Shown here: piece by piece, positions 37,547 through 48,840 of the stretch
How positions within the stretch are numbered: the first letter of the stretch is position 1
Layout of the letters: each line of letters starts with the position of its first letter
Assembly: GCA_051942245.1 (NCBI GenBank)
Contig: JAVECL010000020.1
Location: forward strand, 1-64,000
Length of the DNA: 64,000 nucleotides
Direction: 5' to 3'
DNA from: Trypethelium eluteriae
Lineage: Eukaryota
Program-made: the position numbers and the translations under genes
Notes under the pieces: model-generated
Told to the model about the DNA's origin: nothing
The model's input: the letters and a program-made list of their open reading frames with translations, nothing else
Databases searched by the model: none

Positions 37547-38049
37547 CTATTCATTGATCTTTGCGAGTAGCCTGCGACCAGTGTCAACAATCCAGCGTAC
37601 GGTATCAGCATGTCGGTAAGCTCTTACTCATGATCTCGGAACAAGGAGAACTCTTCTTCTCCAACTTTGATAGGACTGCCACCATACTAATTGCCCATCA
37701 GCAACGTCATCGCTTGCACCTTCACCCATGCCGCATGCATACGGGTCATTGTAATAACGTACCTGGGGTATCAAGACCTTGTCACCAGGGGCAACACTGG
37801 GCTGTATCCGCTTGCCTTCCTTATCCACGCCTCCTGGTCCTACCGCGAGAACTTTCGCCTCGTTCAGCTCTTTGACAGCACTCTCAGGAAGGAAGATGCC
37901 GCCGGCAGTTTTGGATTCAGCCTTGATTCGCTGAACCAGAACCCGGTCCAGAAGAGGAGCGATGGCCTTGATGGATTTGAGGGCGGTCGTCTACAGGTGC
38001 AGAATAGTTAGTGACGGGGTGAACCTGCACATGGGGTCGAACTTGCCAT
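37547..38049 (-). CDS. HSP10: Mitochondrial 10-kDa chaperonin (GroES family)
   Basis: Spliced: M|TTALKSIKAIAPLLDRVLVQRIKAESKTAGGIFLPE...VLAVGPG...GDKVLIPQ|YGGSPIKVGEEEFSLFRDHE|LLAKINE*. Introns 37991-38046 (GC-AG), 37687-37762 and 37572-37627. Confidence 0.95.
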
Positions 38050-38150
38050 TTTGTACAGAGCTTTTGCGATTTGACTAGCGAAGTAGGGCAAGGAAGAATG
38101 GATAGAAAGGTTGCTCGGAGTATGAAAGGCAAGAAAATGTCAAGCGGAGC

Positions 38151-38165
38151 GGAAAATTCGAGAAG
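38151..38165. promoter_or_regulatory. Heat shock element (nGAAnnTTCnnGAAn)
   Basis: gGAAaaTTCgaGAAg is a perfect three-unit HSE about 100 bp upstream of the hsp10 ATG. A near-HSE (TTCaaGAGctTCC) starts at 38191. Confidence 0.65.
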
Positions 38166-38287
38166 TCTAAAGCACGGACCCATCAACAGCTTCAAGAGCT
38201 TCCCATGTTTCCCCAGACGCGACTTAGACCTTCATCCGACACTACCGCGCAACCCCACAATGAACTTTCAGCGCTTCCGTAACCACG

Positions 38288-39727
38288 ATGATGACGATCG
38301 ATTCTGCGGAGGCAGCGGGCTCCGCTGGAACACAGCGTCCAAACTGTGTGGGATCCTTTGATTTAGTCAATCATGCAGGTGACGGTAACGCGTCGAATTG
38401 CTTCAGGAGCACACAATGGTAAGCTTTCGATGGCTCCAGATTGCTGCAAAATCCTCTTACTCACGCTTCCCAGGTCTCCCGATGGCACGTCTATCATCAC
38501 TAATAGCAATGATAATATCTTGAGAACCTTTATTCTGTAGGTGGATCTTGGCAGCTCAACGGAACATACCATCAATATGCTAATGATGTGTCACAGACCA
38601 AACGATCTTCTAGATGAACCCTCCGTATATAACCTTCAACCCGACGTCGAATTTGATATTGGAGATCCCATCTATGCTTCCGCTATTTCGCCTTGGTACA
38701 ACCGATACGATCCCAATACAGCTCGTCTCCTCTATAGCCCCCGCGATCTCCCAATCCGTATTGCAAATCCGATAGTAGGTCAAGAGGTGGTAGCTTCCTA
38801 TCCACTGATTCATTCCACCACGGAGAAATACATCACGCCTCACTCTCTCGCATTCTGCACCCAGCGCAATAGTTTCGTTGCGGGCTCTGACTCCCTTATT
38901 TCGACCTTCGACTTAGAGCAATCTCACCAAGGACCATCTGAACGCGCGGCCACCATTCCGTCAAAGCGTAAAAAACAAAAGGGTGGTGGTGTGGGCATGA
39001 AAGGCATCGTGAGCGCGTTGAGCATAAGTTGCAATCAGATTCTTGCTGCAGGTACATTCACTAGAAACATTGGTCTCTATGCCATGGAGGGAATCGGAGA
39101 AGCCATAGCTACCTTTTCGATTGCGTCGGATGATGAAGAGTTGACGGGCAGGGGTGTTACGCAAGTCCTATGGAGTCCATGTGGACAGTATCTGTATATT
39201 GCAGAGCGAATGAGCGACATCGTCCAGATCTATGATGTGAGGATGTTCCGCAGACTGGGCTATTTGAAGGGTAGGCAGGCAATGACCAACCAAAGAATGT
39301 GCATTGACCTCAGATATACCTCCCTTGCAAACGGATATGAGATTTGGGCTGGCGGGAAAGACGGAGTTGTGAGAGCATGGCTCAAAAGCGAGCAAGCAGC
39401 AGACGGACAAGGGCCGTCTTTCGAATGGCCTGCACACATAGGCAAGTGGTCATTACTCCGAGGTAAAATTGGTACATTGTGCTAACCCAATGATTTTGTT
39501 TAGATACTGTATCATCTGCAGTTTTCAACCCCTGGGGGACGATCATGGCGACGTCCTCCGGGCAATATCATAATGAGGTGTACTCTAACATGTTATTATC
39601 ACATAGAGACACGGATGTTGAGGAGTCGGACTCCGCGTCCCCCTCAACATCCTCCCCATCAGCACCGTTCTCGCCGGGGTCCCCTCCGGCATGGGATCAT
39701 ACCTTAAGGGTATGGTCGTTTATGTAA
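38288..39727 (+). CDS. WD40 protein, TCAB1/WRAP53/Swt21-like
   Basis: QWSPDGT, GVGMKGIVSAL, LAAGTF, GVTQVLWSPCGQYLY, TNQRM and ATSSGQ motifs typical of this family. Introns 38418-38473, 38537-38596 and 39442-39503 (GC-AG preferred). Confidence 0.85.
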
Positions 39728-39793
39728 GAAATAATTCAGAACACAGATGCACCAAGCTTGCGCCATTCAATGCGTCATTGCTATGCAAGTGTT

Positions 39794-40474
39794 CTACATT
39801 CGAACGTGCGGTCTTGATTCCGGGTTCCGAAACAATCCCGCTGATCTTGACACGCGGCCATCTGCCTGCCACTGAGGTCTCCATTTTTCCTTGCCTGACA
39901 GTAGTTGTTCTGCCTGCTCCGCCAATGTCTTTCTATCCGTAGAATCCTTAAGATCCGCCATCGGACGTGATTGCTCTCTTGCCTTTCTCTGTTCCTCATG
40001 CGCCGCGTCAAAGGTCTCTTTCGACCACCTGCCCCAGAACAAGTTAGTGATCCTGGAGCTCGTAATTCGCGTCGGAAGTGACTAAGCTGGAGCACTCACG
40101 GTTCGAAATCAGTAGGCTCTTCGGGCCATACAAACGGCTTGTCCATCTGCACTGTCATTCTCTTCGTTGCCCTTGGCCGATACCATTTTCGCCGCTTTCC
40201 CCCCCTCACGCGCTGCTGTTGTATGTAAGATCGTACTCTAACGCAAGTCACTCCATATACGTGGAAGAGATAGTCTCGAATGTCAAGCTTGTTGGTGTTG
40301 AGAGGCGTAATGAAGGACGCAAAGGTTGGGGGTAGATGCGGAGTACGGAGGAGTGTGAGAGTAAAGTTTGGTCTGGAGAAGACATCAGTAAGATTCCAGT
40401 ACTCTGGAATTTGGCAAGTGGACAGACAGATACACTTGTTTTCTACCTATCCTGAATGGAGCTAATCGCGACAT
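39794..40474 (-). CDS. MRP20: Mitochondrial large-subunit ribosomal protein uL23m
   Basis: Mostly missing from the ORF track. Spliced: MSRLAPFRIGRKQVYL|PNFTLTLLRTPHLPPTFASFITPLNTNKLDIRDYLFHVYGV...VRSYI...KRMTVQMDKPFVWPEEP|WSK. Introns 40373-40427 and 40029-40099. Confidence 0.88.
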
Positions 40475-40730
40475 GGTAGATGCGGTATGGAAGAGGTTTA
40501 TTTTTTGAGGAGATGCGGTCGATTTGAGTCGTACCTGAAGCTCGGACACCCGCAAGCCTTTTAATCCCAGTTACGCCAGTACTTTACTCCACTCAAACAA
40601 AGGTACTCAACAAGACACCCAAAGACTCTTCAAGAAACATCGCTTCATGTGATTCAAGCTTCCGCGACTGAAGAATGTCAATCTAGTTCACCTGTAAGGC
40701 GCAGTAACGTCAGGCGCTAAACACACCACC

Positions 40731-41386
40731 ATGGGCGAGAACAGTCCTGAGGATCGATTTAAGCTCTTTCATATCTTTCGATGTGCGCGTCCAGTTCAAG
40801 TCAAACAGTCAGTGCGATCTGCCCAACTAGATCGCATTGCTAAATACGGCACAGAAGCAATAGCTATGACCGAATGGTTTTTCGAGAGCAGCCGCTCCTA
40901 GGTCCGTTGCTATTCGATAACAGCGATTCCGATGCGAGAGATCATTGCGCAAATGAGCGAAGTAAGAGAGTTTCTGATCTCTACTAACTTTCAGGAGCTC
41001 AGATTATTCTTTAGCATTCCTCTCATGGCTGCGACTTTCGGTGTATATGGCTGTCGTGTCCGTGGCCATTCTTGTTTCGTTCCATCTGAAGCAGCAAGCA
41101 TCGGCCATTGAGAAACGGCTGGCGTTTCCATTCGGAATCATCTTCTGGCTGCTTTCCATTGCTTGTCTAGCGTCAGGTCTTTCAAACTATATCAAGACAG
41201 TGACGAGATATAGTAGGAGGCAAGCGCTTGTGCAATCCGGCTGGAAAACGCAGATGGTAAGTTTTCGAAAGGTTTGCAAACATTAAAACGCTATTCACGC
41301 GAGACCAGGTTTTCACCGTGGTTGCTGCTGCTATCGTTGCCGCATGCATACTATTTTTATCCACAAACGCAAGATCGAGTCGATAA
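40731..41386 (+). CDS. DUF202 (YidH-like) small membrane protein
   Basis: GPLLFDN..SDARDHCANER|TFLSWLRLS followed by three TM segments. Introns about 40808-40854 (uncertain), 40962-41014 and 41257-41308. An alternative start is ATG 40874. Confidence 0.8.
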
Positions 41387-41501
41387 GCGTGTCATATGCT
41401 ATCTAGTATGCTCCATCCGTTAATATAAACATACAGCCAAGAACAATCATCTTCTTCGTGTCGATTCCTCGACAGCCATTTTCAAGCAATGAAACATTAC
41501 A

Positions 41502-42451
41502 TCATAGAATCAGTGGCGCCCATGTGTTGTCATCGACCGTGGTATATATCATGCCCTGTGCGAGTAATTCGTCTCCTCCTTTCCCCACGTCCGCCATGTC
41601 CATTTGAAGACGCTGTGCAATGTCATGCATATGCAATCCTTCGTTGCTCTGTTCGACTGTCTGCAGACACTGCATGATCCTTCTGGCATGCGGCGAAAGA
41701 CTGCCGAGCCCTCCAGTACCCGCGTACCCGGCATTCTGTTGCGCAACGTCGCCATTTATGGTTGCTCCTTGGGGTTGTGCCGATTCCGGTGGTCCTCTTG
41801 TAATATGGAGATGTGCCACGGTAGCCTCGAGAAGGTGGCATTGGACCTCATTCATGTTTGCAATTGGCCGGATCGCGTGAGAGCCGACGTGTCTTCGAGT
41901 ATTGAAAGCCTTCATTCTGCCCCAAACTCTGGCATACGTGTTTTCCACCAGTTTTGGCTTTGAATCATCCATCTCCATTGCATTTCCCGCATCGGCGTCA
42001 ATCCACTGTTTCACCTCTACCGTGCCAGTACCGTCATCAAACTTGTACGTGATATTCGTCGCTTGCGTTGACACATTGCGTATCTGTCCGACAAATGTGA
42101 CCTGTCATGTCTGTCAGCGAAGAGATTATTCCAGCTTTGATAGAATCACGAACATGAGAGGCCTCTGTACCATCAATCTTGAGCTCAGCGTCAGGATGTG
42201 GTTGCTGGGCGTCCAGGATCTGTTTAATAGTGACAGGGCGGAGTGTGTCTTTCCCATATTGGTTCTTAAGCATCCAGTCAGTCTCTTGCTCGCAGAAGAT
42301 TTCAATGACTCAAATAAGGTGGGCTTCAGCTCACCTGCTTGCCACCGGCGGGGCTTTCTTGGCTACCTTGATTCAAAAATCCGCCTCCGCCAGCACCTCC
42401 CTGAGCGCCGTATGATGTAGTAGAGTACTGAGCGCTATAGCCGTAGTCCAT
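41502..42451 (-). CDS. RFA2: Replication protein A 32-kDa subunit
   Basis: GGGGF N-terminus, TLRPVTIKQI, DDGTGTVEV OB-fold and C-terminal winged helix GMIYTTVDD. Introns 42265-42334 and 42102-42153. Confidence 0.93.
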
Positions 42452-42514
42452 AACGAGCGTCGTCGTGGGAGGTACCAAACAAAAAGAAGCTACAAAACAC
42501 TGTGGAGGCAAGAC

Positions 42515-42538
42515 CGCGAAAGTCGCGTCTAATCGCGT
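42515..42538. promoter_or_regulatory. MCB/SCB-like G1/S elements upstream of rpa2
   Basis: CGCGAAA at 42515 and two CGCGT (ACGCG on minus) at 42524 and 42534 in the 250-bp rpa2/dbp10 divergent promoter. RPA genes are typical MBF targets. Confidence 0.55.
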
Positions 42539-42701
42539 CGCGCTCTCACGTGTGTGTGGGGGGTTACATAATACCTAGATAGGGCTACTCGCGTACTAAC
42601 TTAAATTGGCCAAGCACCTTGGGCATTTTCAATTTATTACACTAGATCCCATGAAGGAAGTATTTTTCATCCAAGCCGAGAAATTTTAAACGCATGAGAA
42701 G

Positions 42702-45431
42702 ATGCGTAAAAGAAGCATATCTCCCGCAACCTCCGAGGTTGAAATCGATATCTCTGAATCTCTGGCTAAACCGCAGGTCTCAGGCCCAGATGCGACTGAA
42801 GTGAGGCCAGTGTCTACCGCGAGGCCATCTCTAGATGAAATTCCCGTTGATATCGAAGATGGCCACGCTACCGACGATGAAACCTTTATTGCCGCTCAGC
42901 AGGCAGCCACCAATCGAAAGTCAGCCAATTTAAAAGGAAGGACCGTTAAGAAGGGCGGAGGGTTCCAGGCTATGGGCTTGGACACAGCCCTCTTGAAGGC
43001 TATCTCCAAGAAAGGCTTCTCAGTTCCGACTCCTATCCAAAGACGAACCATCCCACTTTTGATGGATGGCCATGATGTGGTGGGTATGGCCAGGACTGGA
43101 TCTGGAAAGACAGCGGCTTTTGTCATTCCTCTTATTTCCGCTCTCAAATCCCATAGCATCAAAGTTGGAGCCAGGGCTCTGGTTCTGTCACCATCAAGGG
43201 AACTGGCTCTGCAGACCTTGAAGGTGGTCAAAGAGCTTGGTCGAGGGACTAATCTAAGGACCATTCTGGTAGTGGGCGGAGAAAGTATAGAGGAACAATT
43301 TGCTTCGATGGCTACGAATCCAGATATCGTTATAGCGGCACCTGGACGATTTCTCCACCTTCAAACTGAAATGCGCCTTGACCTCTCCTCTATCCGTTAC
43401 GTTGTATTCGATGAAGCAGATCGTCTATTTGAAATGGGGTTCGCGAGCCAGCTCACTGAGATCCTGCATGCATTGCCCTCAGCACGTCAGACTTCACTCT
43501 TCTCTGCTACGCTCCCAAAATCACTTGTCGAATTTGCGAAGGCTGGCCTTCGAGAGCCAACTCTCGTACGCTTAGATGCCGAGAGCAAGATCTCTCCTGA
43601 TTTACAAAGCGCGTTCTTCACGCTGAAGAGTGGTGAGAAAGAGGGCGCTTTACTGCATATCCTTCAGAACGTGGTGGAGATACCCTTAGGAAAGACCGAT
43701 TCTACTCACCAAACTACGAGCGGCGCGGTATCGGGAAGCAAGAAGCGAAAACGTACGCTGGGTGGAACTGGTGCGGCAAAGCCACTGCTAGGGAAATCTA
43801 CGATTATCTTCGCAGCTACAAAGCACCACGTGGAATATCTAACTTCCATGCTTCGATCTGTTGGCTTTGCGGTATCCTTTATCTACGGCTCCCTAGATCA
43901 GTCCGCTCGTAGGCAGCAGATTCAAGACTTCCGAGATGGTCTCACCATGATTTTGGTTGTCACTGATGTTGCCGCCCGTGGTGTCGATATTCCGCTCTTG
44001 GCTAACGTGGTGAACTACGACTTTCCGCCCAAGCCCAAAATATTTGTGCACCGGGTTGGGAGGACTGCTCGAGCAGGTCAACGAGGCTGGAGTTTCAGCC
44101 TCGTCACTGATACTGACCTACCTTATCTCATTGATCTTCAGTTGTTCCTCGGCAGACGACTCTGCCTTGGCCGGGCCTCAGAAGATAGTCCCGATTTTGC
44201 AAGAGATGTCGTGGTCGGTGGCTTCGATCGTGAGTGCCTAGAACAAGGGTGTGAGCTTGCCACGAAGCTTCTCGAAAATGACAATGATCTTGCTGCATTA
44301 CGAGCTGTCTCGACGAATGCAGAGCGTCGATATGTTGCCACTCGAAGTTGGGCTTCGACAGAAAGCCGCAAGAGGGCCAAGACCATCCTTTCAAGTCGTT
44401 CTTATTCGGAGCCCCACATATTCTTCGGCAACCGAGATTCGCTTGGCGCCGAGAGAGAAAAAATGCTCACTCGTGTCAGCAATTTCAGACCACAAGAAAA
44501 TGTTTTCGAGGTTGGCAAGCGTGGGGGCGCTTCTGCGAAAACACAGATGATGCAACGGCGAAAACAGAAGCCTTTGGATATCAGTCTTGGATTGGATGAA
44601 GGGCAGCGAGACAATGAGCCTAATTGCAAGCCTGGTGTCTCTTCAACAGATATGGAACAAGAGGACAGCGAGAGCGCTGCAAGGATTCGTATGCACCAGG
44701 ATTTGAGTGATGCGTCTGAAGAGGAACTAGAAGTCGCATTCTCGAATGGTGGCAAACCTAAAAATAACAAGGACCCTGGGGTTTGGGAGGACTCAGAGCA
44801 CTTCATGTCCTACACGCCACAAGTGGCAAACCTTGTTGAAGACCGCGGCTATCGAGTGAGCTCAGGCGCGGAGTCTGGTCCTAATGGGACTATGGCCACT
44901 TTCATCGATGCAGCACGCGTCGCCAGCATGGATCTGACAAATGATGAAACGAAGGGATATGCAGAGCCAAGCAGAGCTAAAGGTATGAGATGGGACAAGA
45001 AAGCCAAGAAGTATGTGGCAAGGGAGAACGACCAGGATGGCTCGAAAGGCACTAAGTATATTCGGGGAGAAAGCGGGCAGAAGATCGCCGCAAGCTTTCG
45101 CAGTGGGCGTTTTGACGCGTGGCGGAGAGCAAACAAGATCGAACGGCTTCCTCGGACGGGAGAAGCAGAAAAGACGCTTCGTGCAGGTGACCTAACCAGA
45201 AACAAATACAGACATAGGTCCGAAACAGCGCCGAAAGAGGCAGACAGATTCAGGGACAATTTCCATATCCAGAAGCGACGTGTCGAAGAAGCAAAAGATC
45301 GGCGAGTCGGCAAATTCAGGCAAGGCCAAGGCCCGAGTCTGCGGGGCATAGACGATGTACGAAAGCAAAGGAAAATGAAGGATAGGAGGAGAGAAAAGAA
45401 TGCTAGGCCGTCGAAAAAGCGACGCGTCTAA
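42702..45431 (+). CDS. DBP10: DEAD-box RNA helicase Dbp10 (60S biogenesis)
   Basis: Intronless 909 aa: [40 protein letters not shown] and C-terminal WDKKAKKYV...[16 protein letters not shown]. Confidence 0.96.
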   Translation: MRKRSISPATSEVEIDISESLAKPQVSGPDATEVRPVSTARPSLDEIPVDIEDGHATDDETFIAAQQAATNRKSANLKGRTVKKGGGFQAMGLDTALLKAISKKGFSVPTPIQRRTIPLLMDGHDVVGMARTGSGKTAAFVIPLISALKSHSIKVGARALVLSPSRELALQTLKVVKELGRGTNLRTILVVGGESIEEQFASMATNPDIVIAAPGRFLHLQTEMRLDLSSIRYVVFDEADRLFEMGFASQLTEILHALPSARQTSLFSATLPKSLVEFAKAGLREPTLVRLDAESKISPDLQSAFFTLKSGEKEGALLHILQNVVEIPLGKTDSTHQTTSGAVSGSKKRKRTLGGTGAAKPLLGKSTIIFAATKHHVEYLTSMLRSVGFAVSFIYGSLDQSARRQQIQDFRDGLTMILVVTDVAARGVDIPLLANVVNYDFPPKPKIFVHRVGRTARAGQRGWSFSLVTDTDLPYLIDLQLFLGRRLCLGRASEDSPDFARDVVVGGFDRECLEQGCELATKLLENDNDLAALRAVSTNAERRYVATRSWASTESRKRAKTILSSRSYSEPHIFFGNRDSLGAEREKMLTRVSNFRPQENVFEVGKRGGASAKTQMMQRRKQKPLDISLGLDEGQRDNEPNCKPGVSSTDMEQEDSESAARIRMHQDLSDASEEELEVAFSNGGKPKNNKDPGVWEDSEHFMSYTPQVANLVEDRGYRVSSGAESGPNGTMATFIDAARVASMDLTNDETKGYAEPSRAKGMRWDKKAKKYVARENDQDGSKGTKYIRGESGQKIAASFRSGRFDAWRRANKIERLPRTGEAEKTLRAGDLTRNKYRHRSETAPKEADRFRDNFHIQKRRVEEAKDRRVGKFRQGQGPSLRGIDDVRKQRKMKDRRREKNARPSKKRRV

Positions 45432-46099
45432 ATTTCAACCTCAGTCGAGGATTCTCTGCAGAACCAGTCATTGGCAAGTTTTCTATCGAAATCGAAACTT
45501 TAAACGAACATACACGCCCTGCAGAGAGATAAGCTGTTCCGACGAATTTATTTGAAATCATCAACTGCTTGACGCAAGTATTGCGCCGTACAAGCGGTAA
45601 CCAGAGTACATAGCAAAGTTCAGGCGACTTACTGTACAGTCTTCAAGAAATGTTCTGTAGGTACAGACGGAATCAAGAGTGATCTACTAGCTTCGAGGCG
45701 GGGAAAAAAGGCAAATTGCGAAATGCGACTGGCTGGTCGTGCTGATTACCAGAATGAGGGAGACCATTTGCCACAACGCATCATCAATTTTGACGATTTG
45801 CGGACAGCGGTCAGGGTTTTCTTAGCAGTTAGAGGGCCGGCAAATACTGGGGTTATCCTTGCTACCGCTCACGGGAGCGATTCTGGCGCCAGGAAGAAGA
45901 AGCCTAAGCGATGCTTCGTGGCTTCGTGCTTTACTACGGAGTATTGATCGTCGTGAATATCGCTCCTGCTCACGTACTGGTACTTTGCTGTGTACAGATG
46001 GTTACCGATATCTATCATGAAAATAAGTACCCACGATGTACCTTACGTGTCCTGCATCAGCGGTAGGCCTGGGTTCTCGACGTCATATGCGTTGAGTCG

Positions 46100-48000
46100 G
46101 TTGGGCAGAGTGGCAGCAGCCTGAGTGACCTATACGAGACCTGAAAAGTCCTGAGCGGCGCTTATGTTGTGAAGCTGGGAATCTCCAGAACCCGAAGGAG
46201 AAAGGGAGGAATATTGATTCTGCTGCCGATGCTCATAGGATCAACCTCAAGGTTGACGAGGCTTTCGCCCCCTTGACTGCTGCACAAAACTGACTCGACA
46301 CCCCTGCCTCCAACACTGTGGCCAAAGGCATCCGATTCTTGCTCGTAGGACCCGTCATCTGATTCGGCGCCTTCCATGCTTTCTGACCCCGTAAAGAGCT
46401 GCCTGACGAACGCAATGAGGGACAGGCGAGGAACGACCCGATACCGCGGCGCCGGTGCAGCCGTTGTATGGTTTTGAGTGCCGACGACGGTGTCGCGGGC
46501 AAAGGCTTGGGCTATCAAAGAGCCAATGACTTCAACTGTCCCTGCACCAACATGGGAATTTGCATACGGCTGCCACGCGAAGAAAGTCGCCCATACTTCC
46601 GGCCGTGTAACTACATCGTAATTCTGTACCGACACGCCACAAAAAAGAAAAAAGTACGCCGTCGCGGGGGATCGTCGCGCAGTGCGCTGGACAAATGGCC
46701 ACCTCGGATGCTGTGCGGTGTGCCTTCTGAACGTTATCGGGGAATTGGCAACAGCTCGCCATCAAAATAGCCAATAAACAATTTAGCCACAGCGCCTGCT
46801 GAATTCTCGATCTGCCGGGCCGGTGATATTGATGATCTCGCTTGCGGCAAAGCTGAGGCTAGGGGCTAGGGTATGAATTGTGCCCTTACCAGCTTTTTTA
46901 CCTTCTCCACCACATACGCCCAATTCGCTCAGCAATTCAAGCTTAGACTTCCATTTGGGCTTCTCTGGAAGAATTCCTTTCCCAGCGCTGTGGTTCACGT
47001 CCGCTCCTGGGCCTAACGGTATGTTCCAGCGACCCTGCGTTGGGCCAGTCGCAAGGGTTAATTGGGATCAATTGGCCCATTGGGGGACCAGCATTTTCCC
47101 CGATGTACGTTCAGCTTTCGGCTCCCCCCCCAGATCTTCTTCGTACCTCCTTGCAGCGCTTTCTACCTCGGTAGCTGCAGTGTCTATGGCGTGTGATGCG
47201 TACCTCGTTCAGAGCCTTCTTGTACTTGTACGTAACATAGCAGGCAACGGACATGGCTCTCCCCGGTCGGAGGATGCACCTCTGCTTCGGTCATAGGCGG
47301 CATTTCGTGCCTCTCACAGCCAGTAGATCATCATCGCGCACAATCTTTGTACATAGACGGCATCATCGACATAATATCAGAGTCATGTTGGGGGCCCCAC
47401 GGCTTGGGTCCATGGATTCCAGACAAGGGTCCTAGATGACGCTTAGTTTCCCGTCGAAGCTTGATGGTGATCATCCTATCCGCCACTAGTGTCTTTCGGC
47501 TCAACTTCATTATCGATGGTGGCGCCGTCAGCCCAGATTTCCTCATATCCACTATGAAATTGGCATGAGAGCATATGGACGATCAAGCATCGAGGTATGA
47601 CACAGTCGGCGTTCAGGATCATACGCGTCGATCTCTGCAATCAATTGCACTCTTATTGGACATATGCACGGCGCAAATGGGAGGATGCCCGAAAATGATA
47701 CAGCTGATTAGGGTAACTTCCACCTTCGGGGCCCGAAGGCGTGAGGCGAACCGATCTCACGAGAGGCGAAAAGTTGAAACAAACGCTTGTCTTTTCTTTA
47801 GAACATTTGACAGCTCTTAGCAGCGAGTAGAAGCAAACTAGTAGCTGCACGTACAAGAGCCTGTACTAGCCAAGCTACTGCCGCTCCCCAATGGTATGGA
47901 GTAGGGGCCTGGCTAGTCTCTGTCAAGAGTAAGCCACTTTTACGCCATCAATCATCCATTAGCTTTCAAGAATGCTATTGGAGGTCAATTGGGCGATCAT
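46100..48000 (-). ncRNA. Candidate telomerase RNA (ends uncertain)
   Basis: Template-like ACCCUAAUC (47714-47706) directly 3' of a helix; candidate pseudoknot at 46591-46457; 10-bp long-range helix enclosing both; G-U pairs favour the minus strand. CR4/5 and the 3' processing site were not identified. Confidence 0.4.
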
Positions 48001-48840
48001 TTCTGCTGTCCATCTTGAAGCAGCAGTTAGCATTCCACGATTGGCAATCTCCCACCCTCCTTGTGGTATCGTCTCCGTAGCTTCTCCAAACATGGTCTCG
48101 CTTTGCAAGGTCCCTGGCCGAAGCCCTAACATTCTTTTCCCTATGCCGCAAGCTTCCGCGTCGAATTTGATATGCAGAGCGTAAGCTAGGTCGGCTATCA
48201 AGAAAAGGACGATCAATTTGCCCGCATGTTCACTACTTCTGACTACCGACTGACATTATTTTCCAGCCGCGGTCATTAGACAGCTGCGGCGAACATTCCC
48301 CTGTCATGGCTTCTCTTTCCATCTGCAGGTCCGTCCCGAGCGTGGGAGATCTGAATCGTGAAGAGATCCTGGCGTCTTATTAATAGTCCGCTCGAAACCA
48401 CCATGTGCCACACCCCTAGTCCATTCGTTACTTTCGAGTTTCTAACCTTAAATTTTGAATATGGGGTACGAAGTGTAGGAACACTCTCCTACCTAGTATC
48501 ATACACGCATTATAATTCTTTTTACTTTGCACTCGTTTCTGTTCATTGAAAATGCAACATTGAAAACAAATTCGGTCGTTTCTGGCTTTGAGTCTTGCTG
48601 CGAAGGTATGCGTCTCCCTGTCATGGCAACTGAATCCATTGTACATCGCAGATACCACCTTCTTCGATTCAAACTCTAATTCACCCCTCCAGAAAATCCA
48701 CTTCTATGATTTCCATGCTGTGAAGCAGCATGCTTTTGAGACCCTACTTCACAGGTTGGACCTAGTTACGATCGAATGAGCTTATCAGAAAGATTGCGCT
48801 TTGCACGCAGTCGGGGCTCCTTCCGACTTATCACTGAAGT

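Noticed and set aside
46023..46028. ATAAGT (Pezizomycotina TER cleavage-site motif) on the plus strand
   Set aside because: Wrong strand for the candidate; a plus-strand TER ending here would overlap dbp10 and has no template.
46162..47552. ORFs 46162-46635, 46880-47296 and 47331-47552 as a protein gene or pseudogene
   Set aside because: No recognisable family or splice chain; a non-coding structured RNA explains the region better, though coding potential is not excluded.
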